Assembly: GCA_050015395.1 (NCBI GenBank)
Contig: JBEKBM010000008.1
Location: forward strand, 33,244-97,243
Direction: 5' to 3'
Length of the DNA stretch: 64,000 nt
Source of the DNA: Candidatus Bathyarchaeia archaeon
GTDB lineage: Archaea > Thermoproteota > Bathyarchaeia > Bathyarchaeales > Bathycorpusculaceae
The position numbers were made by a program, and so were the translations under genes. This document shows positions 18,276 through 28,318 of the stretch, piece by piece (the first letter of the stretch is position 1; each line of letters opens with the position of its first letter). Under the pieces are notes generated by a model. That model was not told the origin of the DNA. It did no database searches and worked only from the letters and a program-made list of their open reading frames with translations.

Positions 18276-18419
18276 TCAATAGCGATTTTGGCATCATATA
18301 TAAACATCGTTGTTGAATAAACAAAAAATCGTTCCAGTTTAACAGGGCAACAGTAACATGGCAATCGATACTCTTAAGAGAAAAAACGCCTAGACAACAT
18401 GCAGGAGCTTTGAAAAATA

Positions 18420-19778
18420 ATGCCGCCTCAAATTTTAAACGGGGTAAAGCAAGAAGTCACTCAATTGCTTAGAGAGTTAATACGCATAGATACAACTAAT
18501 CCTCCAGGAAACGAAACCCAAGCAGCCATTTACGTAGCACAATACTTAGCTAACCAAGGTTTCAAGACTGAAATTATTGAGTCAGCGCCTGGAAGAGGCA
18601 ACGTAATCACGCGTCTTAAGGGAACAGGTGAAAAACCTAGCCTGCTTTTACTGTCGCATCTGGACGTAGTTGCAGCTAACCCAAGCGAATGGACCGTTGA
18701 CCCGTTTGCCGGCACAATTAAGGACGATTACGTTTATGGTAGGGGAGCCATAGACATGAAAAGCATGACAGCCAGTGAAGTGCTAGTCATGGAACTTTTA
18801 AAGAAGAATAATGTCAAGCTTAAAGGCGATGTCGTTTTGGCAGCTACTGCGGATGAAGAAAAAGGGGGTGAAGAAGGGGCAGGCTACCTTCTGCAGAATT
18901 ACCGAGAAAAAATTTGGTGCCCATACGTGCTTAATGAAGGCGGAGGACTAGCTGTTCCAACAGAAAAAGGAAACGTCTTTACAGTGCAGACGGCAGAAAA
19001 AGGAATTTTATGGCTTAAAATAAAAGCAAAAGGAACCCCAGGTCACGGTTCCACTCCAAACACAGCTGATAACGCTATTATGCGCATATACAAAGTCATC
19101 GATAAACTTGGAAATTACCAGCCGGAAACCATGTATATTCCCACACTTAAGAGGTATCTTGCTGAAATTGCAAAGCATAATCCAGAGCTTAACGAGCCAT
19201 TTGCACGTTTACTTGCCAATCCCAAGCAAAGCGAGCAAATATTAGACGAGTTAGCAAAAAAAGACAGAGCTTTGGCTGAGGAAATTAGACCGCGGACTAA
19301 AATGACTATTACACCAACTATGATTCATGGCGGTGTCAAAGAGAACATTATACCTTCAGAATGCGACGTAATATTTGACTGCAGAATACTTCCTGGGCAA
19401 AATGTGGCTAAAACAATTGATTTAATCAAAGGTTTGCTCAAAGATGTGGGCTTAGAAAAGCTGACTTTTGAGTTTATTCAAGTGCATGACGGCTCAGAAT
19501 CATCAACAGAAACACCACTTTACAGTACCATCACAAGCGTTCTTAGAGAATTTGAACCCAACTGCGGAGTAACACCAACACTAGCCACTGGCGGAACGGA
19601 TTCACGATTCTTTAGAGAAAAAGGTAGCATATGCTATGGTTTCCAACCAATGATCCCAGATGAACCAAACGATCAATTAAATAAACGAATGCACGGCATC
19701 GACGAGCGAATAACTATAGAAAACCTTGTTTACGGAACAAGCATACTCTATGAAACCGTGAAGAGGTTCATGAGCTAA
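18420..19778 (+). CDS. M20-family metallopeptidase/amidohydrolase (ArgE/DapE/Acy1-like)
   Basis: SHLDVV, GRGAIDMK, ADEE, NEGG, MHGIDER. Confidence 0.92.
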   Translation: MPPQILNGVKQEVTQLLRELIRIDTTNPPGNETQAAIYVAQYLANQGFKTEIIESAPGRGNVITRLKGTGEKPSLLLLSHLDVVAANPSEWTVDPFAGTIKDDYVYGRGAIDMKSMTASEVLVMELLKKNNVKLKGDVVLAATADEEKGGEEGAGYLLQNYREKIWCPYVLNEGGGLAVPTEKGNVFTVQTAEKGILWLKIKAKGTPGHGSTPNTADNAIMRIYKVIDKLGNYQPETMYIPTLKRYLAEIAKHNPELNEPFARLLANPKQSEQILDELAKKDRALAEEIRPRTKMTITPTMIHGGVKENIIPSECDVIFDCRILPGQNVAKTIDLIKGLLKDVGLEKLTFEFIQVHDGSESSTETPLYSTITSVLREFEPNCGVTPTLATGGTDSRFFREKGSICYGFQPMIPDEPNDQLNKRMHGIDERITIENLVYGTSILYETVKRFMS

Positions 19779-19929
19779 CAGAGCCCAATTTACCCTTTAC
19801 CTCTTTTTTGATTATATCATACTTGGGCTTTCTCAAACATTAAAACGCTCAAAACCTCACGGAATGCAAAATTTTTATACTTACCCATTCTAACAAGTAA
19901 GATAGCGCCACTTTGGTGTCAACCGCAAA

Positions 19930-20472
19930 ATGACCAGCATGCAAACAATAACTAATCGAGAGACGGCAAGTTTCGAAGCCGCTAAAATCATCGGGTTAAT
20001 CTCTGATACGCATGTCCCTAAAAGAGCCATGTGTATTCCCCAAAAAGTGTTCGAGGTCTTAAAGGACGCAGATTTCATTATACACGCTGGCGACTTAGTG
20101 GAATTATCAGTAATTGACGAACTAGAGCAGATTGCCCCAGTTTTAGCGGTTCATGGCAACATGGATGGCCAAGAAGTCAGCGGCGCTTTACCTGAGCTTA
20201 ATTCACTTAAAATTTTCGATTGGAAAATAGGCGTAATGCATGATCCGAACGTTCTTCAAGGTTCAGGTAAGATGGTGGAAATTGCTAAAGAGAATGGTTT
20301 CAACGTTTTTGTTTATGGGCATACGCATGCTTCCAAAATAAAATGGGAAGAAAAAAATCTCTTCATTAACCCTGGAAGCCCCACTGACCCAGCATCTTTC
20401 ATGATTAAGCCATCGGTTGGATTGCTAAAAATAACAAAACAAACCATAACGCCACAAATAATAAACCTTTAA
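19930..20472 (+). CDS. YfcE/MJ0936-family metallophosphoesterase
   Basis: SDTH, HAGD, GNMD, GHTH, NPGS. Confidence 0.92.
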   Translation: MTSMQTITNRETASFEAAKIIGLISDTHVPKRAMCIPQKVFEVLKDADFIIHAGDLVELSVIDELEQIAPVLAVHGNMDGQEVSGALPELNSLKIFDWKIGVMHDPNVLQGSGKMVEIAKENGFNVFVYGHTHASKIKWEEKNLFINPGSPTDPASFMIKPSVGLLKITKQTITPQIINL

Positions 20473-20685
20473 CCCGCTAGAACAGACCAATAAAGAATAA
20501 TATACAAGGATATTCCAAAAGACAGTGAAACAAGCCATACTGCCTTGATTATAATGAATAGTCACTGACTCCTTTACCTAACAATTAGATGCTCACAAGT
20601 GCAACCTCCGAAAAAACAATCCATAAACCTCAACCATGTTCGCGTGCTACGCGCTACAAACTCATGATTTGTCAAACGCTGAGCG

Positions 20686-21345
20686 TCACCACATTTTCAT
20701 ACATACACTTCCCAGAGAAGTGAGACTCGTCACTAACAAAGTTCCAGCCAAAACCAAATTACCCATCGAGTTACTTCCCTGTAGCAGTGAAGTCGAGAAG
20801 ATAACACACAAGAAAATGTAGAAGGACATAAAACCTAAAACACCCTGAACAACGCGAATCACTCCTCGAACTCTATAAACCTTCGACCGAACAAGCCTCA
20901 GAACAAAAGTCAATCTCTTCGAAACATCAGCAAAATCGTCTATGAACAAAGTTAAACCACCCAAAGCAAAGAAACGCCCAGCATTAACCGCAAGACTATA
21001 TCCGTTCCCAACAAATATACCGAAAAAAGAAATGGAGCCAAACAATAAAAGCAAAGTACACGCTAAGACAAAAATGATAAACCCATAAACATAATGATGA
21101 AACCACAACCTCCCTGTTTTCACCCTACCAACTCTCACGACAAAATAAATGTTAAAAATTGCAGCCAAAACCGCAAACCAAAAGAAGGAGCCATCAATAA
21201 GATATGGCGGATAAGGCTTCCAATAATACCTTGCCGAATAGAACCCCTCCAAAACCCCCAACACCGAGACAATGCTGAGAAGAGAATTGAAAGTCAATGC
21301 CAAACTGCAAATCTTTTTCCCATAAGCAAAAACAGTAGCCATCAA
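20686..21345 (-). CDS. Hypothetical multi-TM membrane protein
   Basis: About 6 hydrophobic segments; WFHHYVYG motif. Confidence 0.7.
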   Translation of the reverse strand: MMATVFAYGKKICSLALTFNSLLSIVSVLGVLEGFYSARYYWKPYPPYLIDGSFFWFAVLAAIFNIYFVVRVGRVKTGRLWFHHYVYGFIIFVLACTLLLLFGSISFFGIFVGNGYSLAVNAGRFFALGGLTLFIDDFADVSKRLTFVLRLVRSKVYRVRGVIRVVQGVLGFMSFYIFLCVIFSTSLLQGSNSMGNLVLAGTLLVTSLTSLGSVCMKMW

Positions 21346-21586
21346 ACATCCACCTTTCTGCCCGTTCCAGATAGTGCATTCTAATAATTAAATTATCTAT
21401 CTTAGCTAAGTACCCGCGTGCCAGTTTGTTGCTAATTCAATTGGTTTGTGTTAATTTCTGCTATCGCGCGGCCTTGAAAGCGCTAAAAGTTTTACTTTCA
21501 CTCACCCCTCCCCTGCTCCAAACAGTAGTTTTTGCAACCACCTTAAAAGCGCTAAATGCTAAAGCGGTATTTCAGAGGTAAGATAC

Positions 21587-21724
21587 ATGGAGCATTGTAA
21601 AAACCCTTGGAAAGACGACTGTAAAAGCGAAAACATCAAACTATACATTGAGATAAAAGGCGAAAAATTGCCTATCTGCCAACAATGCTGGAGCAAAATA
21701 GCTGACCAAGAACAAGAGTGGTGA
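21587..21724 (+). CDS. 45-aa Cys-rich microprotein (C.NPW...C....PIC..CW)
   Basis: MEHCKNPWKDDCKSENIKLYIEIKGEKLPICQQCWSKIADQEQEW*; GAGGT RBS; 7 nt before the next ORF. Confidence 0.7.
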   Translation: MEHCKNPWKDDCKSENIKLYIEIKGEKLPICQQCWSKIADQEQEW

Positions 21725-21731
21725 AAATGCA

Positions 21732-21968
21732 ATGGAAAACTTCAGCATTAACAGCGCCAAATCGTACATTGGAAAAAACGTTAACCTGCACTTAAAAGAT
21801 GGAGCCGTGATAATAAACGTGCAATTAATCGGAATCCATAAGGGCTCAGGAAAAAACAATCTCATCGAGTACACTCCGTATGGAAACCGTAGAAGCACCC
21901 GCATACCATTAAGAATCGTTGCTTGGGCTGAACTGTTAAACTCAAATTTGCTGCAAAGAGCCGCCTAA
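21732..21968 (+). CDS. Small hypothetical protein, possible Sm/SH3-like beta fold
   Basis: YIGKNVNLHLKDG.VI.NV pattern; GGTGA RBS. Confidence 0.65.
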   Translation: MENFSINSAKSYIGKNVNLHLKDGAVIINVQLIGIHKGSGKNNLIEYTPYGNRRSTRIPLRIVAWAELLNSNLLQRAA

Positions 21969-22031
21969 AATGTTACTAAAAAAAACATAAAAGCATAAAA
22001 GCAAAAATACAAGTCAAAACACTTCAAGCTT

Positions 22032-22412
22032 ATGCGTTGCTCAAACTGCGGCATCTGTTGCACAGAAACAGAAATGCTGCTCTCACAAAAAGACATCACG
22101 CGCTTAGAAAAGAAAGGCTTCAGCAAAAACTACTTCGTAAAATATGACAATCAAGGCTATGCACAACTCAAAAACCGAGAAGGCTACTGCGTTTTTTACG
22201 ACGCCAAGAAATGCCAATGTAATGTTTACGCTGATAGGCCTTCAGGCTGTCGAGTTTACCCTGTTATATTGGATGAAGAAAAAGGGATAGTTTTAGACGA
22301 TATCTGCGATTCACGAAACACTATTACAGAAAAAGAAAAAACGATAAAGGGCAAAAGAGTGTTTAGGCTTTTAAAGAGAATCGATAACGAAGCGGCAAAC
22401 AGGCGTTCTTAA
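22032..22412 (+). CDS. YkgJ-family cysteine-cluster protein
   Basis: CSNCGICC, CVFYD...C.VY..RP.GC..YP. Confidence 0.88.
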   Translation: MRCSNCGICCTETEMLLSQKDITRLEKKGFSKNYFVKYDNQGYAQLKNREGYCVFYDAKKCQCNVYADRPSGCRVYPVILDEEKGIVLDDICDSRNTITEKEKTIKGKRVFRLLKRIDNEAANRRS

Positions 22413-22433
22413 GCTTCTTTTAAAAATCAGAGT

Positions 22434-22607
22434 TTATTTCTTGTTGTTTTGGGCATGTTTGCATTGACAGCAAGTTATTTTTGTGTCTTTTTTAGCTTCA
22501 GCTTCTTCCCTTGTTATTACACAGGTTCTTACTAATTTGCCACAGCAATCACAGATAAATTGTACTTCAGCAACGCGGTCGTTAGATTGAAGGACCTTAA
22601 TGGGCAC
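22434..22607 (-). CDS. 57-aa Zn-binding microprotein (CDCCG...CCQC)
   Basis: GTG start 2 nt after the upstream RHH stop; MPIKVLQSNDRVAEVQFICDCCGKLVRTC...TCCQCKHAQNNKK*. Confidence 0.6.
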   Translation of the reverse strand: MPIKVLQSNDRVAEVQFICDCCGKLVRTCVITREEAEAKKDTKITCCQCKHAQNNKK

Positions 22608-22609
22608 AA

Positions 22610-22765
22610 TTATTTTCCTTCTTTTGCAACTTTGTCCTTAGCAAGTAAGTATTCAACGTATTCTCTCATAGTGCGGTTGGTTTCCTCGGCTCTTTTTCTG
22701 ATTTCTTCGTGAACTTTGTCGGTGACGGTTATGCATTTGTATCCTTTTCGTGGCAGAACTCCCAA
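22610..22765 (-). CDS. Ribbon-helix-helix microprotein (about 48-51 aa)
   Basis: PRKGYKCITVTDKVHEEIRKRAEETNRTMREYVEYLL; GAGGAG RBS; start TTG 22765 or CTG 22756. Confidence 0.65.
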   Translation of the reverse strand: MGVLPRKGYKCITVTDKVHEEIRKRAEETNRTMREYVEYLLAKDKVAKEGK

Positions 22766-22876
22766 TCTCCTCTTCCGTACTTTACAGTACGATTGAATAT
22801 ATAATTAACGGTGTCCCCCATATTGTGAAACCTTATATAAATGCACGTTCGCTAACTAGCTTAAGAGAGGAACAAA

Positions 22877-23071
22877 ACGCCGAAGAAAGGCTTTAAAAGC
22901 ATCACGGTAAAGGCTGAGGTTTACGATTACTTTTTTAACGAGTGGCTTAAGGTCAAAGAGGAATACGCCATTAAAAAAGGCATTCATAGCTTTTCAGCCT
23001 ATGTTACCTACACCTTAGCTCAACTGATGAACGAAGAAAAGAAACGAAAAAGTGAAAATAAGCCGCTTTAG
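22877..23071 (+). CDS. RHH-like small regulator (64 aa) with apparent ACG start
   Basis: (M)PKKGFKSITVKAEVYDYFFNEWLKVKEEYAIKKGIHSFSAYVTY..; GAGG RBS; TATA TTATATAA upstream. Confidence 0.55.
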   Translation, partial: TPKKGFKSITVKAEVYDYFFNEWLKVKEEYAIKKGIHSFSAYVTYTLAQLMNEEKKRKSENKPL

Positions 23072-23123
23072 TTGCCCTATCTTTAAATAATTCTTGAGAT
23101 GACTTGTCAACAGTGAAATTGAA

Positions 23124-24125
23124 ATGCCTTGCACGGTAATTGTCGGTGCCTTCTGGGGAGACGAAGGCAAAGGAAAAATAATCTCTTATTTAGCCCTCAA
23201 AGATAAACTCGATTTCTGCGTCAGAACCGGCTCAGTAAACGCAGCACACACCGTCTGGTACGAAGGCAAAAAATACGCTTTACACATGGTTCCCGCTGCA
23301 TTTTTAAACCCTAAAACACGCCTGCTCATTGCAGCAGGTGCAAACATCCATGTTCAGAAATTTTTTGAAGAAGTAGAACTCACAAAAGTGCAGGGCAGAA
23401 TAGGCGTAGATCTGAACGCTTCAATAATTGAGGAAAAGCACAGCGCCCAAGACAAGGCAAGCGCCGTCAACAAAGGCATTGGAACCACAGGTTGGGGTGT
23501 AGGACCTGCAATTGAAGAACGCGTCCGACGAACAGCGAAACTTGCCAAAGACATCCCCGAGTTGAAGCCGTACCTTACTGACCAAGTGAGAGAAGTCAAC
23601 GATGGCTTAGATGAGGGCAAAAAAGTGCTTCTTGAAGGCACACAAGGCTTCATGTTATCACTGTTCTTGAGCGGCGGCTACCCATACGTGACTGGAAGAG
23701 ATACAGGCGCATCAGCCATAGCCTCGGAAGCAGGAGTCGGACCAACAAGAGTTGACGGCGTTCTAATAGTTTATAAGTCATTCATAACAAGAGTTGGCGC
23801 CGGACCGTTACCGGGAGAAATAACAAAAGAGGAAGCGCAAAAAAGAGGCTGGTTTGAAGTCGCTGCCGGAACAGGTAGAGACAGACGCTCAGCACCATTT
23901 GATTTCGAGTTAGCAAAGAAAACCGCCAGGATAAACGGTGCCACACAAGCGGCAATAACAAAAATAGACAGCCTTTTCCCAAACTGCAGGGGTGCCAAAC
24001 AATACAGTGACCTATCCAAGGACGCTAAAGACTTCGTAGAAGAAGTTGAAGACAAAACAGGGGTGCCGGTTGTTTTGATTGGCACTGGACCTGAAGCAAT
24101 GGAGATTATTGACCGCAGAAAATAG
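23124..24125 (+). CDS. purA: Adenylosuccinate synthetase (short archaeal type)
   Basis: GAFWGDEGKGK, EGTQG, YPYVT, TKID, GTGP. Confidence 0.96.
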   Translation: MPCTVIVGAFWGDEGKGKIISYLALKDKLDFCVRTGSVNAAHTVWYEGKKYALHMVPAAFLNPKTRLLIAAGANIHVQKFFEEVELTKVQGRIGVDLNASIIEEKHSAQDKASAVNKGIGTTGWGVGPAIEERVRRTAKLAKDIPELKPYLTDQVREVNDGLDEGKKVLLEGTQGFMLSLFLSGGYPYVTGRDTGASAIASEAGVGPTRVDGVLIVYKSFITRVGAGPLPGEITKEEAQKRGWFEVAAGTGRDRRSAPFDFELAKKTARINGATQAAITKIDSLFPNCRGAKQYSDLSKDAKDFVEEVEDKTGVPVVLIGTGPEAMEIIDRRK

Positions 24126-24174
24126 CAACTTTTATCTTCTAAAACTGCAACCTCTCTTTTCAAGGCGTAATGGA

Positions 24175-25317
24175 ATGATGACGTCCAAGCGTTCTAGTAA
24201 AGTTTTAGCTAGCCTTCTAATACTTCTGTTTGCGGCAGGGTTACTCGTTGGAGCATTAGCGAGTTTTTACATCACTTACAGGCAAGCGAATAGCCTAAAC
24301 AGTCAAGTTACAAGTTTAGAAAGTCAAGTTTCTGACCTCAGAGGCTTCCAAAACGCCACTTACCAAAATATTACTATTCTTCAGAATGGCACGTCACTAA
24401 CCGCTTTATATGAAGACGTACGTAACTCCATCGTTTTAATAGAAGGCGACATCAGCAGCGGTATCCAGCAAGGGTCAGGCGTCGTCTACACCTTTTCAGG
24501 CAGAAACGTTGTATTAACCAATTACCATGTTGTTCTAGGCACCACAAACTTAAGTGTCACCTTCTCAGATGGAAACGGCTACTCAGCTACAGTTCTAGGA
24601 ACAGACCCGTACTCTGACTTAGCAGTTCTTTCCGTTAATGCATCTGCATCCGAATTTAAACCGCTCGATATCGCAAGTTCATCCACATTAGCTGTGGGCG
24701 AATCAGTCATCGCTATTGGAAATCCCTATGGACTGGTAGGTTCCTTAACAACAGGCGTTGTAAGCGCTCTAGGAAGAACAATAACAGAACCAGACACGGC
24801 TGGAGGATATGCAATAGCTAACATTATTCAAACAAGCACGCCTATAAACCCTGGAAATTCAGGAGGACCCCTGCTGAACGCGGCGGGAAACGTTGTTGGC
24901 ATTACAACAGCAATAGTTTCTAATTCACAAGGATTAGGCTTTGCTATTCCTTCAGACACCATACTAAGAGAAATAAACGATTTGATAACAACCGGCTCAT
25001 ACGATGGGCACTCTTATTTAGGAGTCGAAGGAGAGGACATGAGTTATAGCTTAGCCCAGCAGACCGGCGCCAGCGTTACTTATGGCTGGAGAATTGAGTC
25101 AGTAGTAAGCGGAGGACCCTCAGATGGCAAATTAAAAGTCAACGACATTGCAATTGCCCTCAATAACCAAACAATCACAAACGGCGATGGTTTAGCAAGC
25201 TACTTAGAAGAAAATACTCTGCCAGGCGACAATCTGGTCATAACTGTTATTAGAGGAACCTCGCAGATACAGGTAACTGTCGTTCTTGGAGCAAGACCTC
25301 CACCACCAACAACATAA
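24175..25317 (+). CDS. HtrA/DegP-like S1C serine protease with PDZ domain and N-terminal membrane anchor
   Basis: TNYHVV, DLAVL, INPGNSGGPL. Confidence 0.93.
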   Translation: MMTSKRSSKVLASLLILLFAAGLLVGALASFYITYRQANSLNSQVTSLESQVSDLRGFQNATYQNITILQNGTSLTALYEDVRNSIVLIEGDISSGIQQGSGVVYTFSGRNVVLTNYHVVLGTTNLSVTFSDGNGYSATVLGTDPYSDLAVLSVNASASEFKPLDIASSSTLAVGESVIAIGNPYGLVGSLTTGVVSALGRTITEPDTAGGYAIANIIQTSTPINPGNSGGPLLNAAGNVVGITTAIVSNSQGLGFAIPSDTILREINDLITTGSYDGHSYLGVEGEDMSYSLAQQTGASVTYGWRIESVVSGGPSDGKLKVNDIAIALNNQTITNGDGLASYLEENTLPGDNLVITVIRGTSQIQVTVVLGARPPPPTT

Positions 25318-25499
25318 AACCTAAATTTTTTGTTTTTCTTTTAATTTGAAACGCTAGCTGTATTGGCGATGTAGCCTCTACCAGGACAGCAGCAAAAATA
25401 ATGTGTGGGTGAGCACTCACACGCGGTAAAGATAGGTGCCTTTTTAGGGTTAATGGATGGTTGCAAAATAAGAGTGGGTAGCCAACGTTTTTTGGCCAA

Positions 25500-25781
25500 T
25501 TATGTTGCTGGCTTTTTTAGCGCTTCTTTTTCACGTTTTATGTCAGAATGATCTCTTTCTACAGCCTGATTAACTATCGTTCGAAAATAGCATTCTGAAC
25601 AGTAATGCTTTTCATCGATTTCATAAAGCGTGGTTGATATAGTTCCAATCGGTTGATTGCAGCCTGAGCAACGCCTAAATTTGTTTTCCTCTTTCGCTAT
25701 TCTTCCACTTGGTTCCTTTTGATTTCCAAAAACATCTTTTCTATGTGTGAAAAATTCACTGTCCCAACCCATGATTTTCAT
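25500..25781 (-). CDS. Small Zn-finger protein (CSGC...CSEC)
   Basis: LIM/treble-clef-like Cys spacing; GGAG RBS. Confidence 0.65.
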   Translation of the reverse strand: MKIMGWDSEFFTHRKDVFGNQKEPSGRIAKEENKFRRCSGCNQPIGTISTTLYEIDEKHYCSECYFRTIVNQAVERDHSDIKREKEALKKPAT

Positions 25782-26036
25782 TCTCCTTAAATGGAGAAGT
25801 GATGTTTATCATGTGAATTGCTAAATAAGCTTTTTCAATTTCCCCCGATAAAGCATATTTTGCATCCATAAGCAAATAAAAAAGGGGTTATATTCAACAT
25901 CACGGACATAGACAACATAGTCGACGTAAGCAAAAAACATGCAATAGAAAAGTTACTTCTGGTTGCCTTGCCTTCCGAGGCTTTGTGAACTAATGTTTTT
26001 TATAAGCGAGTAGCGATTCTTGTTTAGGCTTCAGCG

Positions 26037-27662
26037 TTGAGTTTCGAAATAAAAGAAAAAGACTTGCTTGGCAGAATAGGCAAACTTGAAACTAAAAGTG
26101 GAACAGTGGAAACGCCTCTATTATTCCCAGTAATTAACCCCAGCATTCAGCTTGTTTCGCCTAGAAGGCTTAAGGAAACGTTTGGTTTTGAAGCAGTCAT
26201 AACTAACGCTTACATACTCAAAAAACGATATGAGGATAAACCAGTCAACGAGGGCTTACATAAATTTCTAGACTTCGACGGCGCAGTAATGACTGATTCA
26301 GGAGCCTACCAAATCCTCGTTTATGGAGAAGTAGACGTTAGCCAAAAAGACATCGTTGCCTATCAAGAAGGCATCGGCAGCGACATCGCCACCATGCTTG
26401 ACATACCAACAGGCTGGAAAGTAACCAGAGAACAAGCCGAAGGCACCGTGACTGAAACATTGCACAGAGCAAAGGCTTTCTTTAAAACCAAAACGCGAGA
26501 TGACATTTTATGGGTTGGGCCAATACAGGGCGGAAGACACCTGGATCTTGTTGCAAACTCGGCGCTTGAAATGGGGAAGCTGCCTTTCCAAATCCACGCG
26601 CTTGGAAGCCCAACAGAAGTCATGGAAAGCTACCGCTACGACGTATTAGCCGACATGATTTTAACGGCGAAAAAATGCTTGCCCATAGAGCGTCCGTTGC
26701 ACCTGTTTGGCGCTGGGCACCCAGCTATGTTCTCGTTGGCTGTGGCGCTGGGTTGTGACCTTTTTGATTCAGCAGCTTACGCGTTGTACGCGAGGGAAAA
26801 CCGTTACATGACTGAGAACGGCACATGGCGGCTTGAAGAAATGGATTATTTCCCATGTTGCTGCCCCAGATGCTCCGCGGAAACGCCAAGGGGACTGGAA
26901 AAAAGGTCGAAGAAGGAACGGGAAGTTTTCTTGGCTGAACATAATCTCTACGTTTGCCAAGCTGAGCTTAAGCGCATTAAACAAGCTATAAGGAACGGCA
27001 GGCTTTGGGAGCATACGGAAATGCGGGTCCATGGTCATCCAGCGTTGCTTTCAGCATTAAAGCGATTGCGAAGTCATGCTGATTTTCTTGAAAGGTACAG
27101 TCCAACTGTGAAGGGCAGCGGATTCTTCTATTTCGACTCGGTGGGTCTTGTGCGTCCTGAAATAACTCATTATCGGAAACGGTTAAACCAGCGATATGAC
27201 CCGCCGAAGAATGCAAGGGTTCTTTTGCTTGTGCCGCAAACAAGGAATAAACCGTTTCATAGGGCGCCTGAGTTTAAGAAGATTAGGCATCTTTTCCGCT
27301 GTTTAGGCGAAGAGCTGGCTTCGAAAATTCACATTTGCGTTTACGCTGCCCCATTCGGGGTGGTTCCGTTGGAGCTTGATGAGGTTTATCCGCTCAGCCA
27401 GCATGAGGCTGCTTTGCCGCTTGACTTGGAAACCGTAGACTACGTTGCGGGCCAAACCCGTGAATACATTAGGCGCACGGCGTACACGGGTGTTGTTTTG
27501 CTTAATGATGCTAAACTTTGGAAAGACACCGTTAAAAAAGCCTGCAGGTCAGCGTGTAGAGCGAAGGGTTTAGCGTTTGATTCTGTTGATGCAGATGTGG
27601 AAGGAAGCAAAGAGATTTTAATTCGTTTAGAGAACATTTTGCGTAGACAATTGAGCGAATAA
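26037..27662 (+). CDS. tgtA: Archaeosine tRNA-guanine(15) transglycosylase
   Basis: TDSGAYQ, LDIP, PIQGG, HLFGAG, DLFDSAAY, CCCPRC; no C-terminal PUA domain. Confidence 0.95.
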   Translation: MSFEIKEKDLLGRIGKLETKSGTVETPLLFPVINPSIQLVSPRRLKETFGFEAVITNAYILKKRYEDKPVNEGLHKFLDFDGAVMTDSGAYQILVYGEVDVSQKDIVAYQEGIGSDIATMLDIPTGWKVTREQAEGTVTETLHRAKAFFKTKTRDDILWVGPIQGGRHLDLVANSALEMGKLPFQIHALGSPTEVMESYRYDVLADMILTAKKCLPIERPLHLFGAGHPAMFSLAVALGCDLFDSAAYALYARENRYMTENGTWRLEEMDYFPCCCPRCSAETPRGLEKRSKKEREVFLAEHNLYVCQAELKRIKQAIRNGRLWEHTEMRVHGHPALLSALKRLRSHADFLERYSPTVKGSGFFYFDSVGLVRPEITHYRKRLNQRYDPPKNARVLLLVPQTRNKPFHRAPEFKKIRHLFRCLGEELASKIHICVYAAPFGVVPLELDEVYPLSQHEAALPLDLETVDYVAGQTREYIRRTAYTGVVLLNDAKLWKDTVKKACRSACRAKGLAFDSVDADVEGSKEILIRLENILRRQLSE

Positions 27663-27664
27663 CC

Positions 27665-28270
27665 TTGATTCAAGCTGATTTACATATTCACACTGTTTAT
27701 TCTAGTGACTCTGTTATTCAACCGAAAACTTTGGTTGACCAGCTTGTAGCTCACAGTTTCATTAAGGTTGCAGCCGTAACAGACCATGACAGCGTAAGAG
27801 GCTGCGAGGCTACGGTTGAGTTGGCTTCGGCTTATCCTGACATTTTGATTATTCCAGGCGTTGAAATTAGCACGCTGTATGGCGACATGTTGATTTTGGG
27901 CACTGAAGAGTTGCCGCCAAGACCTTGGACGCCTGAAGCTGTGGTTGATTACGCTAAAAGCATAAGCGGGATCTCTATTGTGGCGCATCCTTATCGTGAG
28001 TATGGCATGGGCGATTTAGCGAGAAACTACAAAGTTGACGCCATAGAAGTCCTCAATGGCGGGTCCACGGCGGCGGCGAATAACGAGGCGAAGGAGCTTG
28101 CTAAGAGTATGGGTTTGCCTGGGACAGCTGGCAGCGATGCTCATCAATTGTCAGAGTTGTTTAGTGTGTGCTCTAAGATTGATGCTTCTTTGGATGTTGA
28201 CGCTGTTTTGAGGGCGATTAAGAAGGGTTCTGTATCTGCGCAGGTGACGAGAGGGTCAATACATATTTAA
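27665..28270 (+). CDS. PHP-domain phosphoesterase
   Basis: DLHIHT, TDHD, GVE, AHP, GSDAH. Confidence 0.92.
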   Translation: MIQADLHIHTVYSSDSVIQPKTLVDQLVAHSFIKVAAVTDHDSVRGCEATVELASAYPDILIIPGVEISTLYGDMLILGTEELPPRPWTPEAVVDYAKSISGISIVAHPYREYGMGDLARNYKVDAIEVLNGGSTAAANNEAKELAKSMGLPGTAGSDAHQLSELFSVCSKIDASLDVDAVLRAIKKGSVSAQVTRGSIHI

Positions 28271-28318
28271 AACAGCATTTCATTTTTAGTCGTTAACTGT
28301 TAACAAGGATTGGTTTGA

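Noticed and set aside
25360-25500. GGCGATG motif and GTGTGGGT/ACTCACAC hairpin as a fluoride riboswitch
   Set aside because: Lacks the GTTCGCC pairing and GATGAC elements, and lies between convergent genes; more likely a terminator region
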